A model generated the notes under the pieces. That model searched no databases, was not told where the DNA came from, and saw nothing but the letters and a program-made list of their open reading frames with translations. The position numbers were made by a program, and so were the translations under genes. A stretch of DNA of 21,204 nt from contig CAZJVM010000044.1 of assembly GCA_964549305.1 (NCBI GenBank), forward strand, positions 1 to 21,204, read 5' to 3'. Of this stretch, positions 1-11,724 are shown in pieces (the first letter of the stretch is position 1; every line of letters starts with the position of its first letter). The stretch is from an uncultured bacterium (lineage in GTDB: Bacteria > Schekmanbacteria > GWA2-38-11 > J061).

Positions 1-1
1 C

Positions 2-241
2 ATAACAGACAGGGATAATTCATATAATAATGCCTATAACGAATCATTCTTTAAAACTTATGAGAAATACTTGCGAGAATATGGTTAATTTTACTAACGT
101 TTCAAGATGTGCCTTTGCATTCATAAAAAATATCTGCAACGGTAACGAGTCCGCTCAGGAATTTAGTACTTGCCACCGTTAAAGTTCGAAGCTATATTTC
201 ACGACAATGACAAAAACGATTTCTCGGACAGGTTTTCCTGA
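2..241 (+). pseudogene. Degraded C-terminal fragment of an IS3-family transposase (OrfB integrase core), partial at window start
   Basis: Manual translation: 2-88 ITDRDNSYNNAYNESFFKTYEKYLREYG*, shifted frame 87-146 NFTNVSRCAFAFIKNICNGN, then 146-241 RVRSGI*YLPPLKFEAIF. Together these follow the IS3 pattern GNxYDNAxxESFFKTLK..YLxEY..FIxxxYNxxRxHSxLGYxPPxxFE, with two frameshifts and an in-frame stop. Confidence 0.7.
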
Positions 242-347
242 AAATATCCGATTAACTCTCCGGTTCATAATTTGCCGGAGTTGAATTTATCATAGCTTAA
301 CACAAATTTCATCTTTCTTTAATTAGTAGTAAATATTTTGATAAAAA

Positions 348-1784
348 ATGTTATTTAACTCAATAGAATTTGCGATTTTTCTGCCTGTCGTTTTTTGTCT
401 GTATTGGTTTGTCTTAAATAAACATTTAAGGAACCAGAACTTATTACTTCTTATATCAAGTTATATTTTTTATGGTTGGTGGGATTGGCGATTTTTATCA
501 TTAATCATATTCAGCTCATTTGTAGATTATTCTGTTGGAATCGCATTATCCAAAGAAACTAATGAAAGAAAAAGAAAACTGTTATTGCTGATTAGCATAG
601 TTGTGAATCTCGGTCTTCTTGGATTTTTTAAATATTGGAATTTTTTTATAGAAAATTTTTCAAATGCCTTTACCCTCTTTGGAAACACATTTGATTCCTC
701 CAGACTGAATATCATTCTCCCTGTGGGAATAAGCTTTTATACATTTCAAACATTGAGCTATTCTATTGATATATACAGGAAGAAATTCAAAGCTACTAAA
801 AGTATTCTTGATTTTTTTGCATTTGTTAGTTTTTTTCCGCAATTAGTGGCGGGACCTATCGAAAGAGCAAAGAATCTTTTACCGCAATTTTACGAAAAAA
901 AAGAATTTGATTATAAAAAATCCGTTGACGGAATGCGCCAGATTCTCTGGGGCCTTTTTAAAAAAGTTGTCATAGCAGATAATTGTGCAGTATTTGTTAA
1001 CGATATTTTTGCGAATAGTGGTCATTATTCAGGCAGCACATTGCTTATTGGCGCTGTTTTTTTTGCCTTTCAAATATATTGTGATTTTTCCGGATATTCG
1101 GACATAGCAATCGGGACTGCAAGATTGTTTGGCTTTAACCTTATGAGGAATTTTGCTTTTCCCTATTTTTCAAGGGATATTGCCGAATTCTGGCGCAGAT
1201 GGCATATATCACTTTCAACATGGTTTCGCGATTACGTTTATATCCCGCTCGGAGGGAGTCGCGGTAATAATCTGGTTAAAATAAGAAACACCTTTGTAAT
1301 CTTTGTGGTAAGCGGATTTTGGCACGGTGCTAACTGGACATTTATCGCATGGGGTTTTATCAATGCAATATATTTTATCCCTCTTCTTCTTTTTGGGCTA
1401 AACAGAAAAAACCAGGATACTGTTGCAGAAGGTAAATTACTTCCCGGCATTAAAGAAAGTTTTCAGATTTTTTCAACCTTTTTTATCACCGTTATTGCCT
1501 GGGTATTTTTTAGATCAAAGAGTATTTCCGATGCCTTAGTTTATATTTCCCGCATGTTTTCAGCATCGTTATTTTCATTACCTGATATTTCTTCCTCAAT
1601 ACTTAATGTTCTGATATTAATTTTTGTTTTAGTTGAATGGCTGCAGCGGGATAAACAGCATGCTTTGCAAATGGACAATGTCCGGATTCCAAAGTTTTTA
1701 CGCTGGGGATTGTATTATGTAATTATTATGGTTATTGCCGGATTTGGCGGAAGTCAGCAGGATTTTATTTACTTCCAATTCTAA
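348..1784 (+). CDS. MBOAT family O-acyltransferase (AlgI/PatA/DltB-like; polysaccharide or peptidoglycan O-acetylation)
   Basis: 478 aa polytopic membrane protein with LPVGISFYTFQ, FFPQLVAGPIER, QIYCDFSGYSDIA, EFWRRWHISLS, catalytic His motif GFWHGANWTF and C-terminal FIYFQF. Confidence 0.95.
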   Translation: MLFNSIEFAIFLPVVFCLYWFVLNKHLRNQNLLLLISSYIFYGWWDWRFLSLIIFSSFVDYSVGIALSKETNERKRKLLLLISIVVNLGLLGFFKYWNFFIENFSNAFTLFGNTFDSSRLNIILPVGISFYTFQTLSYSIDIYRKKFKATKSILDFFAFVSFFPQLVAGPIERAKNLLPQFYEKKEFDYKKSVDGMRQILWGLFKKVVIADNCAVFVNDIFANSGHYSGSTLLIGAVFFAFQIYCDFSGYSDIAIGTARLFGFNLMRNFAFPYFSRDIAEFWRRWHISLSTWFRDYVYIPLGGSRGNNLVKIRNTFVIFVVSGFWHGANWTFIAWGFINAIYFIPLLLFGLNRKNQDTVAEGKLLPGIKESFQIFSTFFITVIAWVFFRSKSISDALVYISRMFSASLFSLPDISSSILNVLILIFVLVEWLQRDKQHALQMDNVRIPKFLRWGLYYVIIMVIAGFGGSQQDFIYFQF

Positions 1785-2032
1785 TAACCATAAAAAGTCT
1801 TATAAATAAAGCCGTTCTCTTTGTTCAGTTTATATTTTATTTGCGGCAAGTTTAAGGCAAAGAGCTAATCATTGGCTGAACAAAAATTTGTCTGTAAGTC
1901 ATAATGATTGCTGAAAATTGATCATATCTGTCCAAAATGTAATTTTTAAAAATTATCAATAAGATATCAACCCAATAAATATTTACTGTAGATCCACAGT
2001 GACAATATCTACACGCACAAAAGTAAGAATAA

Positions 2033-2109
2033 TTCAGTGTGTCCCGTGCATTCTGTGGTTAAAAATTAAATCAAAACCATAAACCACTGAACACACAGAA
2101 TACACAGAC
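2033..2109. repeat. Imperfect inverted repeat; each 28-nt arm is made of three ~9-nt CACnGAA-type units
   Basis: Left arm 2033-2060 TTCAGTGTGTCCCGTGCATTCTGTGGTT and right arm 2082-2109 AACCACTGAACACACAGAATACACAGAC. They are complementary at 20/28 positions by manual alignment, with a 21-nt A-rich spacer. Confidence 0.75.
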
Positions 2110-2242
2110 AAAAGAATGTCGTGGTGCCGGCATTTATTTCAATAAACTACCCCATTTTTCATAAATTTAATGACTTCAATAAAATCAAAATGTTAAACTT
2201 TCTAAAAGACCCTTTTAAAAATGTCCTGGACAGCGGTCATAT

Positions 2243-2270
2243 TTGACAAATATTTGTTTTAAATCAGACT
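2243..2270 (+). promoter_or_regulatory. Possible sigma70 promoter for the GT9-rsmA unit
   Basis: TTGACA at 2243-2248, a 16-nt spacer and a weak -10 CAGACT at 2265-2270, 37 nt before the ATG at 2308. It is overlapped by the perfect palindrome ACAAATATTTGT (2246-2257). Confidence 0.35.
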
Positions 2271-2307
2271 CCGGATTATTTAACGTCAACATTTTAAACC
2301 ATAATCG

Positions 2308-3411
2308 ATGACACCTAAATTTTCTTTGCCGGATACTCCTTCAATCCTTATTGTGAGACTCGGGGCATTGGGCGATATAATCCACACACTGCCTTCTGTC
2401 TTTGCCATACGCGAAAAATATCCAAATGCCATCATAGATTGGATAGTGGAGAAAAGGTCTTCCGAAATTCTGAAAAAATCACCGCTAATTGATTCTCTCA
2501 TTGAAATTGACACAAAAAAATGGAGAAGGGATATTTTCAATCCTTCACTTGCCATTTCCGCAAGTAAAGATTTTTTAAAGACAAAAGAAAAAATGAATAA
2601 AAGAAACTATGATATCGCAATAGATTTTCAGGGATTGATAAAAAGCGGAATATTCGCTTATCTTTCGGGAGCGAAAACTTCCGCCGGATTTGAAAAAGAA
2701 TATCTTCGTGAACCTTTAAACAGAATCTTCATTAAAAAACATTATTCCCCGCCGGGCAAAGATATCCACGTCATCGAAAAAAATTACTCTCTTCTCAAAA
2801 GCATTGGCATTGGCGGAAAGATTGGCAATTTTGAATGCACTCCGGAAATGCTTGGCGCAAATGAATTGAAGGAAAGTGTTCTGAAAAAATATAATATAAC
2901 AGAGATGAAAAAGACAATCGTCGGCATATATCCCGGAGGAGGCTGGCAGAGTAAATTGTGGGGAAGCGAAAACTACGCGCAGCTGATTGAAAAAATCTCT
3001 CAACGGCAAGATGCGGATATTTTATTGATTGCAGGAAAAAACGAAGAAGAACTTATTTCAAATATTGCGGAAAAGACAGAGAATAAACCGCGACTAATTC
3101 TAAACGCGTCAATCAGGGAACTTGCCGTAATTCTTGCCCATACAGGCATATTAATCGGCCCTGACACAGGACCGCTTCACCTTGCCGCGCTTTTAGGCGC
3201 GTCCACGGTTGGGATATACGGACCGAGCAGTCCGTTGAAAAACGGACCCTATTGGGGGAACTACAGGACAGTGCGCAAACAATTCAACTGCAGCGACTGT
3301 TACAAAAGAAGATGTGACGACCTTCGCTGTCTCAAAGGCATATCAGTCAACGATGTTTATGACGCGTTCAACGGACTTTTTGAAGAAATCACAACGGACA
3401 AAAATGAATAA
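2308..3411 (+). CDS. waaC: Glycosyltransferase family 9, LPS heptosyltransferase (WaaC/RfaC-like)
   Basis: ILIVRLGALGDIIHTLP, YDIAIDFQGLIKSG, GPDTGPLHLAALLG and GIYGPS motifs. It sits near kdsB. The WaaC versus WaaF call rests on the DFQGLIKS motif only. Confidence 0.8.
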   Translation: MTPKFSLPDTPSILIVRLGALGDIIHTLPSVFAIREKYPNAIIDWIVEKRSSEILKKSPLIDSLIEIDTKKWRRDIFNPSLAISASKDFLKTKEKMNKRNYDIAIDFQGLIKSGIFAYLSGAKTSAGFEKEYLREPLNRIFIKKHYSPPGKDIHVIEKNYSLLKSIGIGGKIGNFECTPEMLGANELKESVLKKYNITEMKKTIVGIYPGGGWQSKLWGSENYAQLIEKISQRQDADILLIAGKNEEELISNIAEKTENKPRLILNASIRELAVILAHTGILIGPDTGPLHLAALLGASTVGIYGPSSPLKNGPYWGNYRTVRKQFNCSDCYKRRCDDLRCLKGISVNDVYDAFNGLFEEITTDKNE

Positions 3412-4249
3412 TATGAGCGGCAATAATTTTGGAAAAAAAATTCACGCGAAAAAATCACTTGGACAGCATTTCCTGAATAATCCGCGAATTCTGAAAAAAA
3501 TAATTTCCATTATTAATCCACGCCCGAAGGATTCCTTCATAGAAATAGGGTGCGGAAGCGGACAACTTACCTCTTTGCTCGCGCAAAGCGGCGCGGCAAT
3601 CACTGCAGTGGAAACGGACAGACGGCTTTTCGAAATTTCAAAAGAAAAATTCGCGGGCTTTGATAACTGCACCATATTAAAGGAGGACATCCTCAAAGCT
3701 GATTTCGCAGAGATTGCGGAAAACCTCCTCTGTGCAAAGAAGAAAACAATAAGAATAACGGGAAACATACCTTACAATATTTCCTCGCAAATACTCTTTA
3801 TGCTCATTGAGCACAGAAAGATAATTTCCGACATTACCTTTCTTATTCAAAAGGAGTTGGCGGACAGAATTGCGGCAAAAAAAGGCGACAGTCAATACGG
3901 ATATCCCTCTCTTGCATTCGGAATGTTTTTTGATATTTCAAAAATGTATAATGTTTCCGGAAAAAGTTTCTCTCCTCCGGCAAAAGTCGAATCAACGGTG
4001 ATTAAGATGAAAACTCTGAAAATGCCTCTTGTTTCAGTTAAAAATGAAGATAATTTTCTCAACTTTATGAAGCTCTGTTTCTCCCATCGCAGAAAAACTA
4101 TCCGTAATAATATCAGGGAGATAGTTGAAGATGACGCCTTAAAAATAATCGAAAACAAGTTAACTTCGGCGTGCAAACTGAATTTTTCATCGAGAGCGGA
4201 AGAATTCGACATCTTTCAATTCAAAAAACTTTATGATATGATTGTATGA
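3404..4249 (+). CDS. rsmA: 16S rRNA m6,2A1518/1519 dimethyltransferase RsmA/KsgA
   Basis: KKSLGQHFL, EIGCGSG, GNIPYNIS, QKELADRI, FSPPAKVES, RRKTIRN and RAEE motifs. The start is probably ATG 3404 (overlapping the GT9 stop) or 3413, not 3314. Confidence 0.95.
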   Translation: MNNMSGNNFGKKIHAKKSLGQHFLNNPRILKKIISIINPRPKDSFIEIGCGSGQLTSLLAQSGAAITAVETDRRLFEISKEKFAGFDNCTILKEDILKADFAEIAENLLCAKKKTIRITGNIPYNISSQILFMLIEHRKIISDITFLIQKELADRIAAKKGDSQYGYPSLAFGMFFDISKMYNVSGKSFSPPAKVESTVIKMKTLKMPLVSVKNEDNFLNFMKLCFSHRRKTIRNNIREIVEDDALKIIENKLTSACKLNFSSRAEEFDIFQFKKLYDMIV

Positions 4250-4353
4250 AATCGGGAAGTGGATATTTTTTCTCGGAAGTTATACAATCCGCATATTAAA
4301 AATTCTTTTTATCTTCGCCCTGTGACTTGTAACATTTTTAAGATTTAGAAATA

Positions 4354-6694
<2,341 letters not shown>

Positions 6695-6700
6695 GTACAA

Positions 6701-6820
6701 TTGACAAGAGAAAAAAGCAGGTATAAAAACCAATTTATAGTAAACTAATTCTTTGATTTTTTATAATGAACTTAGAGACATGATGCTTTTTCAATCCTGT
6801 CCCTGTACACGTTAAGGAGA
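6701..6820 (+). promoter_or_regulatory. Probable promoter region and RBS for maeB
   Basis: TTGACA at 6701-6706 followed by TATAAAAA at 6722-6729, a further TATAAT at 6762-6767, and Shine-Dalgarno AAGGAG at 6814-6819, 7 nt before ATG 6827. Confidence 0.5.
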
Positions 6821-6826
6821 GATAAA

Positions 6827-9076
6827 ATGACTTTAAAAACAGAAGCACTTGAATATCACTCTAAGGGGAGAAAGGGTAAAATAGAAGTTTCTTCGACCAA
6901 ACCTTGTCAGACCCAGAGAGACCTTTCTTTAGCATACACTCCCGGAGTGGCAGTTCCCTGTCTCGAGATTGAAAAGGATGCCGAGAAGGCTTACGAATAC
7001 ACAGCAAAAGGAAATCTTGTAGGCGTAGTTTCAAACGGTTCAGCGGTTTTAGGATTGGGATGCATCGGTGCCCTCGCGGGAAAACCCGTTATGGAAGGCA
7101 AAGGAGTTCTTTTTAAAACATTTGCCGACATCGATGTATTTGATATCGAAATAAACTCAAAAAACCCGGATGATATCATTACCGCTGTAAAGTTAATGGA
7201 ACCCACATTCGGCGGCATAAACCTTGAGGACATAAAAGCGCCTGATTGTTTCCATATCGAAGAAACTCTGAAAAAAGAGCTCGAAATTCCCGTATTTCAC
7301 GATGATCAGCACGGTACCGCAATCATATCCGCCGCGGCATTGCTTAACGCTCTGGAAATAACAGGCAAAGACATAAGCAAGGTAAAGGTTGTTTATAACG
7401 GTGCGGGGGCGGCAGGAATCGCCTGTGCGGAACTTTATATTGAGATGGGAGTAAAGCTTGAAAATATCATAATGTGCGACTCCCGCGGCACAATCTATAA
7501 AGGGCGAAAAGAGGGTATGAACAAATACAAGGAGCGTTTAGCCTCCAATACAAAATGCAGGACCCTTGAAGAAGCAATGAAAGGCGCGGACATATTCGTG
7601 GGTGTTTCGGTAAAGGACTGCGTATCCAAAAAAATGCTGAAATCAATGAATGACAATCCAATCGTTTTTGCAATGGCAAACCCCGACGCGGAAATAAGCT
7701 ATGAAGATGCCCATGACGCGAGAGACGACCTCATATTTGCCACAGGACGCTCGGATTATCCCAATCAGGTAAACAATGTCCTTGGATTTCCATTTATTTT
7801 CAGGGGCGCTCTCGATGTGAGGGCAAAATCAATCAATATGGAAATGAAGGTTGCCGCGGCACAATCACTTGCCCAGCTTGCCAAAGAGGATGTCCCGGAA
7901 TCGGTCTTGAGGGCATACGGAATCAATGAGCTCAAATTCGGCACAGAATACATCATTCCAAAACCCTTCGACCCGAGAGTGCTTTTATGGGAAGCGCCCG
8001 CAGTGGCAATGGCGGCAATAAAAAGCGGAGTGGCAAGGATAAAGATTGACCCCGAAGAATACAAAAAACAGCTTGAAGCAAGACTCGGAAGATCAAAGGA
8101 GATTGTAAGGACAATCAGAAGCAAGGCAAAATCGAAACCTAAAAAAATAGTTTTCCCCGAAGGTGAAAACGAAAAGATAATCAGGGCGTCACACATCCTC
8201 ATCGATGAAAAAATAGCCAGACCCATTTTGTTAGGAAGCGAGAAAAAAATAAACGAAATTGTCAAAGAGCACAATCTCAACCTTAAAGGTGTCAAAATAA
8301 TCAACCCGAAAGCCTCGAATAAATTGTCGACTTATGTGGAGAAACTCCACGAAATCAGAAAAAGGAACGGCGTAACACTTGTGGAAGCGAAAGAAATGAT
8401 GCAAAATCCCAATGTATTCGGTTCCATGATGGTAAACTCCGGAGATGCCGACGGACTCGTATCGGGAATAACACAGCATTATCCCGCAACGATAAAGCCT
8501 GCTCTTCAGATAGTGAAAAAGAGAGAGGGGTTGAACAAAGTTTGCGGTCTTTATTTCCTTTTCGTCAAGGAAAAAGTATTTCTCTTCGGTGACACCACCG
8601 TCAACATCACTCCCGACCATAAGGACCTTGCTGAAATCGCAATATGCGCTTCGGATTTTGCAAAGGACTTTGATTTAGACCCGAAAGTCGCAATGCTTTC
8701 CTTCTCCAATTTCGGAAGCACGAAACATCCCGAAGCGGAAAAGGTTAAAAAAGCGGTGCAAATCGTAAGGGAAAAAAGGCCTGACATAGTAATCGACGGC
8801 GAAATGCAGGCAGACACCGCGGTAGTCCCGGAGATAATAAACAACACTTACCCTTTTAGCAACATAAAGGGCGGAGCAAATATTCTCATATTCCCGGACC
8901 TTGCCTCAGGAAACATCGCGTATAAGCTTATGCAGAGATTGGGAGGCGCTGAAGTCATAGGCCCGATTCTTGTGGGATTGAGCAAATCGATGCACGTACT
9001 GCAGAGAGAGTGCGAAGTAAACGACATTGTGAATATGACGTCAATCGCCGTGGTCGATGCTCAAAACAAGGAATAA
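6827..9076 (+). CDS. maeB: NADP-dependent malic enzyme with C-terminal phosphotransacetylase-like domain
   Basis: [44 protein letters not shown] and [17 protein letters not shown] motifs. The PTA-like half has [22 protein letters not shown] and GNIAYKL. Confidence 0.97.
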   Translation: MTLKTEALEYHSKGRKGKIEVSSTKPCQTQRDLSLAYTPGVAVPCLEIEKDAEKAYEYTAKGNLVGVVSNGSAVLGLGCIGALAGKPVMEGKGVLFKTFADIDVFDIEINSKNPDDIITAVKLMEPTFGGINLEDIKAPDCFHIEETLKKELEIPVFHDDQHGTAIISAAALLNALEITGKDISKVKVVYNGAGAAGIACAELYIEMGVKLENIIMCDSRGTIYKGRKEGMNKYKERLASNTKCRTLEEAMKGADIFVGVSVKDCVSKKMLKSMNDNPIVFAMANPDAEISYEDAHDARDDLIFATGRSDYPNQVNNVLGFPFIFRGALDVRAKSINMEMKVAAAQSLAQLAKEDVPESVLRAYGINELKFGTEYIIPKPFDPRVLLWEAPAVAMAAIKSGVARIKIDPEEYKKQLEARLGRSKEIVRTIRSKAKSKPKKIVFPEGENEKIIRASHILIDEKIARPILLGSEKKINEIVKEHNLNLKGVKIINPKASNKLSTYVEKLHEIRKRNGVTLVEAKEMMQNPNVFGSMMVNSGDADGLVSGITQHYPATIKPALQIVKKREGLNKVCGLYFLFVKEKVFLFGDTTVNITPDHKDLAEIAICASDFAKDFDLDPKVAMLSFSNFGSTKHPEAEKVKKAVQIVREKRPDIVIDGEMQADTAVVPEIINNTYPFSNIKGGANILIFPDLASGNIAYKLMQRLGGAEVIGPILVGLSKSMHVLQRECEVNDIVNMTSIAVVDAQNKE

Positions 9077-9081
9077 AAGCG

Positions 9082-11724
9082 CTAATTGCCCTTATACTCC
9101 CGGTATATTTTTTCCGCTAAGCGGATTTCGCCCTTCTTGTCGCTTATAAGTCCGTCAAGTCGATAGCTGTGTATTTCCGAAAGTATTTTGGAATAGAGAG
9201 GACCTTCGGAAATGCCCATTTTTTTGAGGTCATCTCCGTTAATCGTGTTTTTAATTTTGTTGTAACTGGTCAAAAAACCGGTTATGCGCTTTCTTACTGT
9301 TTCCCTCTTCGCAACAGCCATTACAAATAGGATTACCTCTGTATTGAGCCCTTTTAACACTGCATATACAGAGGAGGGTTTTGCCGCTTTTTCAAGCGCC
9401 CGTATCACTGATTCCGTTTCAATCACCACTCGCAGTTTTTTTCTTAACGATGCGGGAATAGAAAGCCTGTCACCAACGGTTTTAAGTTTGATTTTATCAA
9501 GGCGCGCGCAAAGACACATAAAATAAATCTGCCAATGCGTAATCCTCTTTTCGGGAAAAGCAATCTCGCACCAGTCAAGGACCTTTTCAACCTTTTTAAA
9601 TATATCCTCATTGCGGGAATCGAAGGACAAATGAGGGCTTATTGCTTCAAGAAGTCCCAATTCCCACATTCTTTTGAGAATCTGTTGATTTTTCTTTTCA
9701 TTTAAAATGAGTATTAATTCCGCGAGTATCCTTTTGCCCGAAACCTTGCCGAAAACCCCTTTTGATATGGAATCTTTCAAGAGAGCAAGAGTCTGCTTTC
9801 CGATTTTAAATCCAAGTCTCGCTTCAAAGCGAAGGGCGCGAAAAGCTCTCGTGGGGTCTTCCACAAAACTCAAACTGTGAAGTATTCGAATCACCTTGTC
9901 TTTTAAATCTCTTTGCCCTCCGAAATAATCCACGAGAACAAAAGGCGGTTTGCCGTTAATCCGCACCGCCAGCGCGTTTATAGAAAAATCCCTTCTATAG
10001 AGGTCTCTCTTCAGGGAACCGGGAAAAACAACGGGAAGTTCTGCCGGAGATTCATAAAACTCCGTGCGCGCCGTGGCAAAATCAATTCTGTGCCCCGACG
10101 GCAAAAAAACCGACGACGTACCGAATCTTCCGTGACTTTTTACCTTGCCTGAAGTCTTCTTAGCAAACTCCTTCGCAAAGGCAATTCCTTCGCGCTCAAG
10201 AACAATATCAACATCGAAATTGTTTTCCCCGATTAAAATATCACGGACTATTCCGCCTACGAGATAGGCATTGACATTTTTTCTGTCAGCTATTTTCCTT
10301 ATTGTTTCAAAGGACTGCAGAAAATCCTTTGTCATTCTCTCTTCCACGATTCTCCTTATATTTCTCTCCCTGAAGTAATCCTCTCTTCCAAGTGTGAATT
10401 TCATTTCGCCGGCATCCTCAAAATCAGAGTGAAAGCGGTTTTCCGACATATACTTTATAAGGTCACTCCTCGTGATTACTCCCTGAAGCTCGTCCTTTTT
10501 AGTAACTGTAACGAAGGGAATGTTTTCCCTTATCATTACATTGATAACATCCTGCGCGGGAGAATCGTAACTCACCGATGCATAGTTATAATTGACGTAT
10601 TTTCCCACTGTATCACCGCCCATTCCATGATTTACAGCTTTCTCAAGGGTTTTTCTGTTAACGATTCCTATTACCCTGCCCCCTTTTGACACTACCGGCG
10701 CCACGTTAAAATGAAGCCTGTTAATGGACAGCAAAGCGTCCTTCATTTTTGCCTTTGCTTCTATGGTAAGGGGCAAAGGTGCCATCAATTCGTACGCGCG
10801 ACTTTTAGACGGAATCAGGTTTTCAAAAAACTTTCTTATTACGTCAGTCGCTTCCGCAACGGCAATATCCTTTATAACCGCAGACGCGGCAAAACCGTGT
10901 CCGCCTCCGCCGAAAAGGGAAGCTAATTTAGAGCAGTCAAACAACTCTGTCGAACTTCTCACAATAAGATGAATCCTCTCATCCATTCTTATTAAGGAGG
11001 TAATGGCGTCATATCCTTTTATATCCATTGCGCGGCTCACTGAAACTGCCGCATCGTCCACGTATGAATTCTCCGTTGCCGTGGAAATGGCGAATTTCAG
11101 CTTTTTTCTTCTGATAACCGATGAAGAGGAAAGCAACTGACTCAATATGCTCAATTGTCCCTCACTCATCTCCCGCCTGAAATATTCCCTCACCCTTTTT
11201 AAATCAGCACCCTTTTCAAGCAGCCAGATTACCGCTTTAAGGTCTTCCGCGGTAGTGGACGAATATGTGAGGCATCCGGTTTCCTCATAAATTCCCATTA
11301 TCATAACCGTTGCCTGTTTCTTTGAGATAACGGCCTTCTTTCTGCGCAGAATTTCAGTCATAATCGTTGTCGTGGCGCCTCTCTTTTTTATGATTTCCTT
11401 GTGTGCCTTTATTGCCGACGCGCTTGAAGGATGATGGTCATATATATGGATTTTAACACCCTTCTTCCGGACAATTTCCCTGAACGGACCTATTTTCCCA
11501 ATTTTCCTCACATCTACAAGGACAAGGGCGGAAATCCGTGAAATATCAATATCCCCTGCCTTGGCAACTTTAAAATGTCTGCCCTCCTTCTTAAGAAACT
11601 CCCTCAACATTCTTTCCTGCGAGCCCGGAAAAACGAGTTTCGCGCCGGGATGAAGTATCGATGCGGCAACCATTGAAGCAAACCCGTCAAAATCAGTGTT
11701 TATATGCGATATGATTACCTTCAA
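9082..11724 (-). CDS. cca: tRNA nucleotidyltransferase (class II; CCA- or A-adding) with N-terminal DHH/DHHA1 and tandem CBS domains
   Basis: DHH domain: SHINTDFDG, LVD, YDHH, GGGGH. A CBS pair follows. Nucleotidyltransferase domain: VGGIVRD, DVDIV, DFATARTEFY, DLYRRDFSINALA, EDPTRAFRALRF. The likely start is TTG 11724 (GGAG upstream, TTGA overlap with the tsaE stop); ATG 11736 is the alternative. Confidence 0.9.
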   Translation of the reverse strand: MKVIISHINTDFDGFASMVAASILHPGAKLVFPGSQERMLREFLKKEGRHFKVAKAGDIDISRISALVLVDVRKIGKIGPFREIVRKKGVKIHIYDHHPSSASAIKAHKEIIKKRGATTTIMTEILRRKKAVISKKQATVMIMGIYEETGCLTYSSTTAEDLKAVIWLLEKGADLKRVREYFRREMSEGQLSILSQLLSSSSVIRRKKLKFAISTATENSYVDDAAVSVSRAMDIKGYDAITSLIRMDERIHLIVRSSTELFDCSKLASLFGGGGHGFAASAVIKDIAVAEATDVIRKFFENLIPSKSRAYELMAPLPLTIEAKAKMKDALLSINRLHFNVAPVVSKGGRVIGIVNRKTLEKAVNHGMGGDTVGKYVNYNYASVSYDSPAQDVINVMIRENIPFVTVTKKDELQGVITRSDLIKYMSENRFHSDFEDAGEMKFTLGREDYFRERNIRRIVEERMTKDFLQSFETIRKIADRKNVNAYLVGGIVRDILIGENNFDVDIVLEREGIAFAKEFAKKTSGKVKSHGRFGTSSVFLPSGHRIDFATARTEFYESPAELPVVFPGSLKRDLYRRDFSINALAVRINGKPPFVLVDYFGGQRDLKDKVIRILHSLSFVEDPTRAFRALRFEARLGFKIGKQTLALLKDSISKGVFGKVSGKRILAELILILNEKKNQQILKRMWELGLLEAISPHLSFDSRNEDIFKKVEKVLDWCEIAFPEKRITHWQIYFMCLCARLDKIKLKTVGDRLSIPASLRKKLRVVIETESVIRALEKAAKPSSVYAVLKGLNTEVILFVMAVAKRETVRKRITGFLTSYNKIKNTINGDDLKKMGISEGPLYSKILSEIHSYRLDGLISDKKGEIRLAEKIYREYKGN

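Noticed and set aside
258..280. Hairpin CTCCGG-N11-CCGGAG as a terminator or IS3 right inverted repeat
   Set aside because: It has only a 6-bp stem, a long loop and no clean U-tract; the IS end cannot be defined without the left end.
1985..2013. Overlapping short dyads ACTGT-N6-ACAGT and TGTAGAT-N13-ATCTACA
   Set aside because: The stems are short, the spacing does not match a LexA CTGT-N8-ACAG box, and chance occurrence is plausible.
2033..2109. CRISPR array or tRNA interpretation of the repeat
   Set aside because: There are only two arms, inverted rather than direct, with no unique spacers, no cloverleaf and no cas genes.
3289..3330. CSDCYKRRCDDLRC cysteine cluster at the GT9 C-terminus
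   Set aside because: A CxxC..C..C tail is common in GT9 heptosyltransferases, so it is not unusual by itself.
3314..3403. N-terminal extension of rsmA in the ORF track
   Set aside because: It overlaps the GT9 gene by ~100 nt, and RsmA similarity begins only near KKSLGQHFL; ATG 3404 or 3413 fits better.
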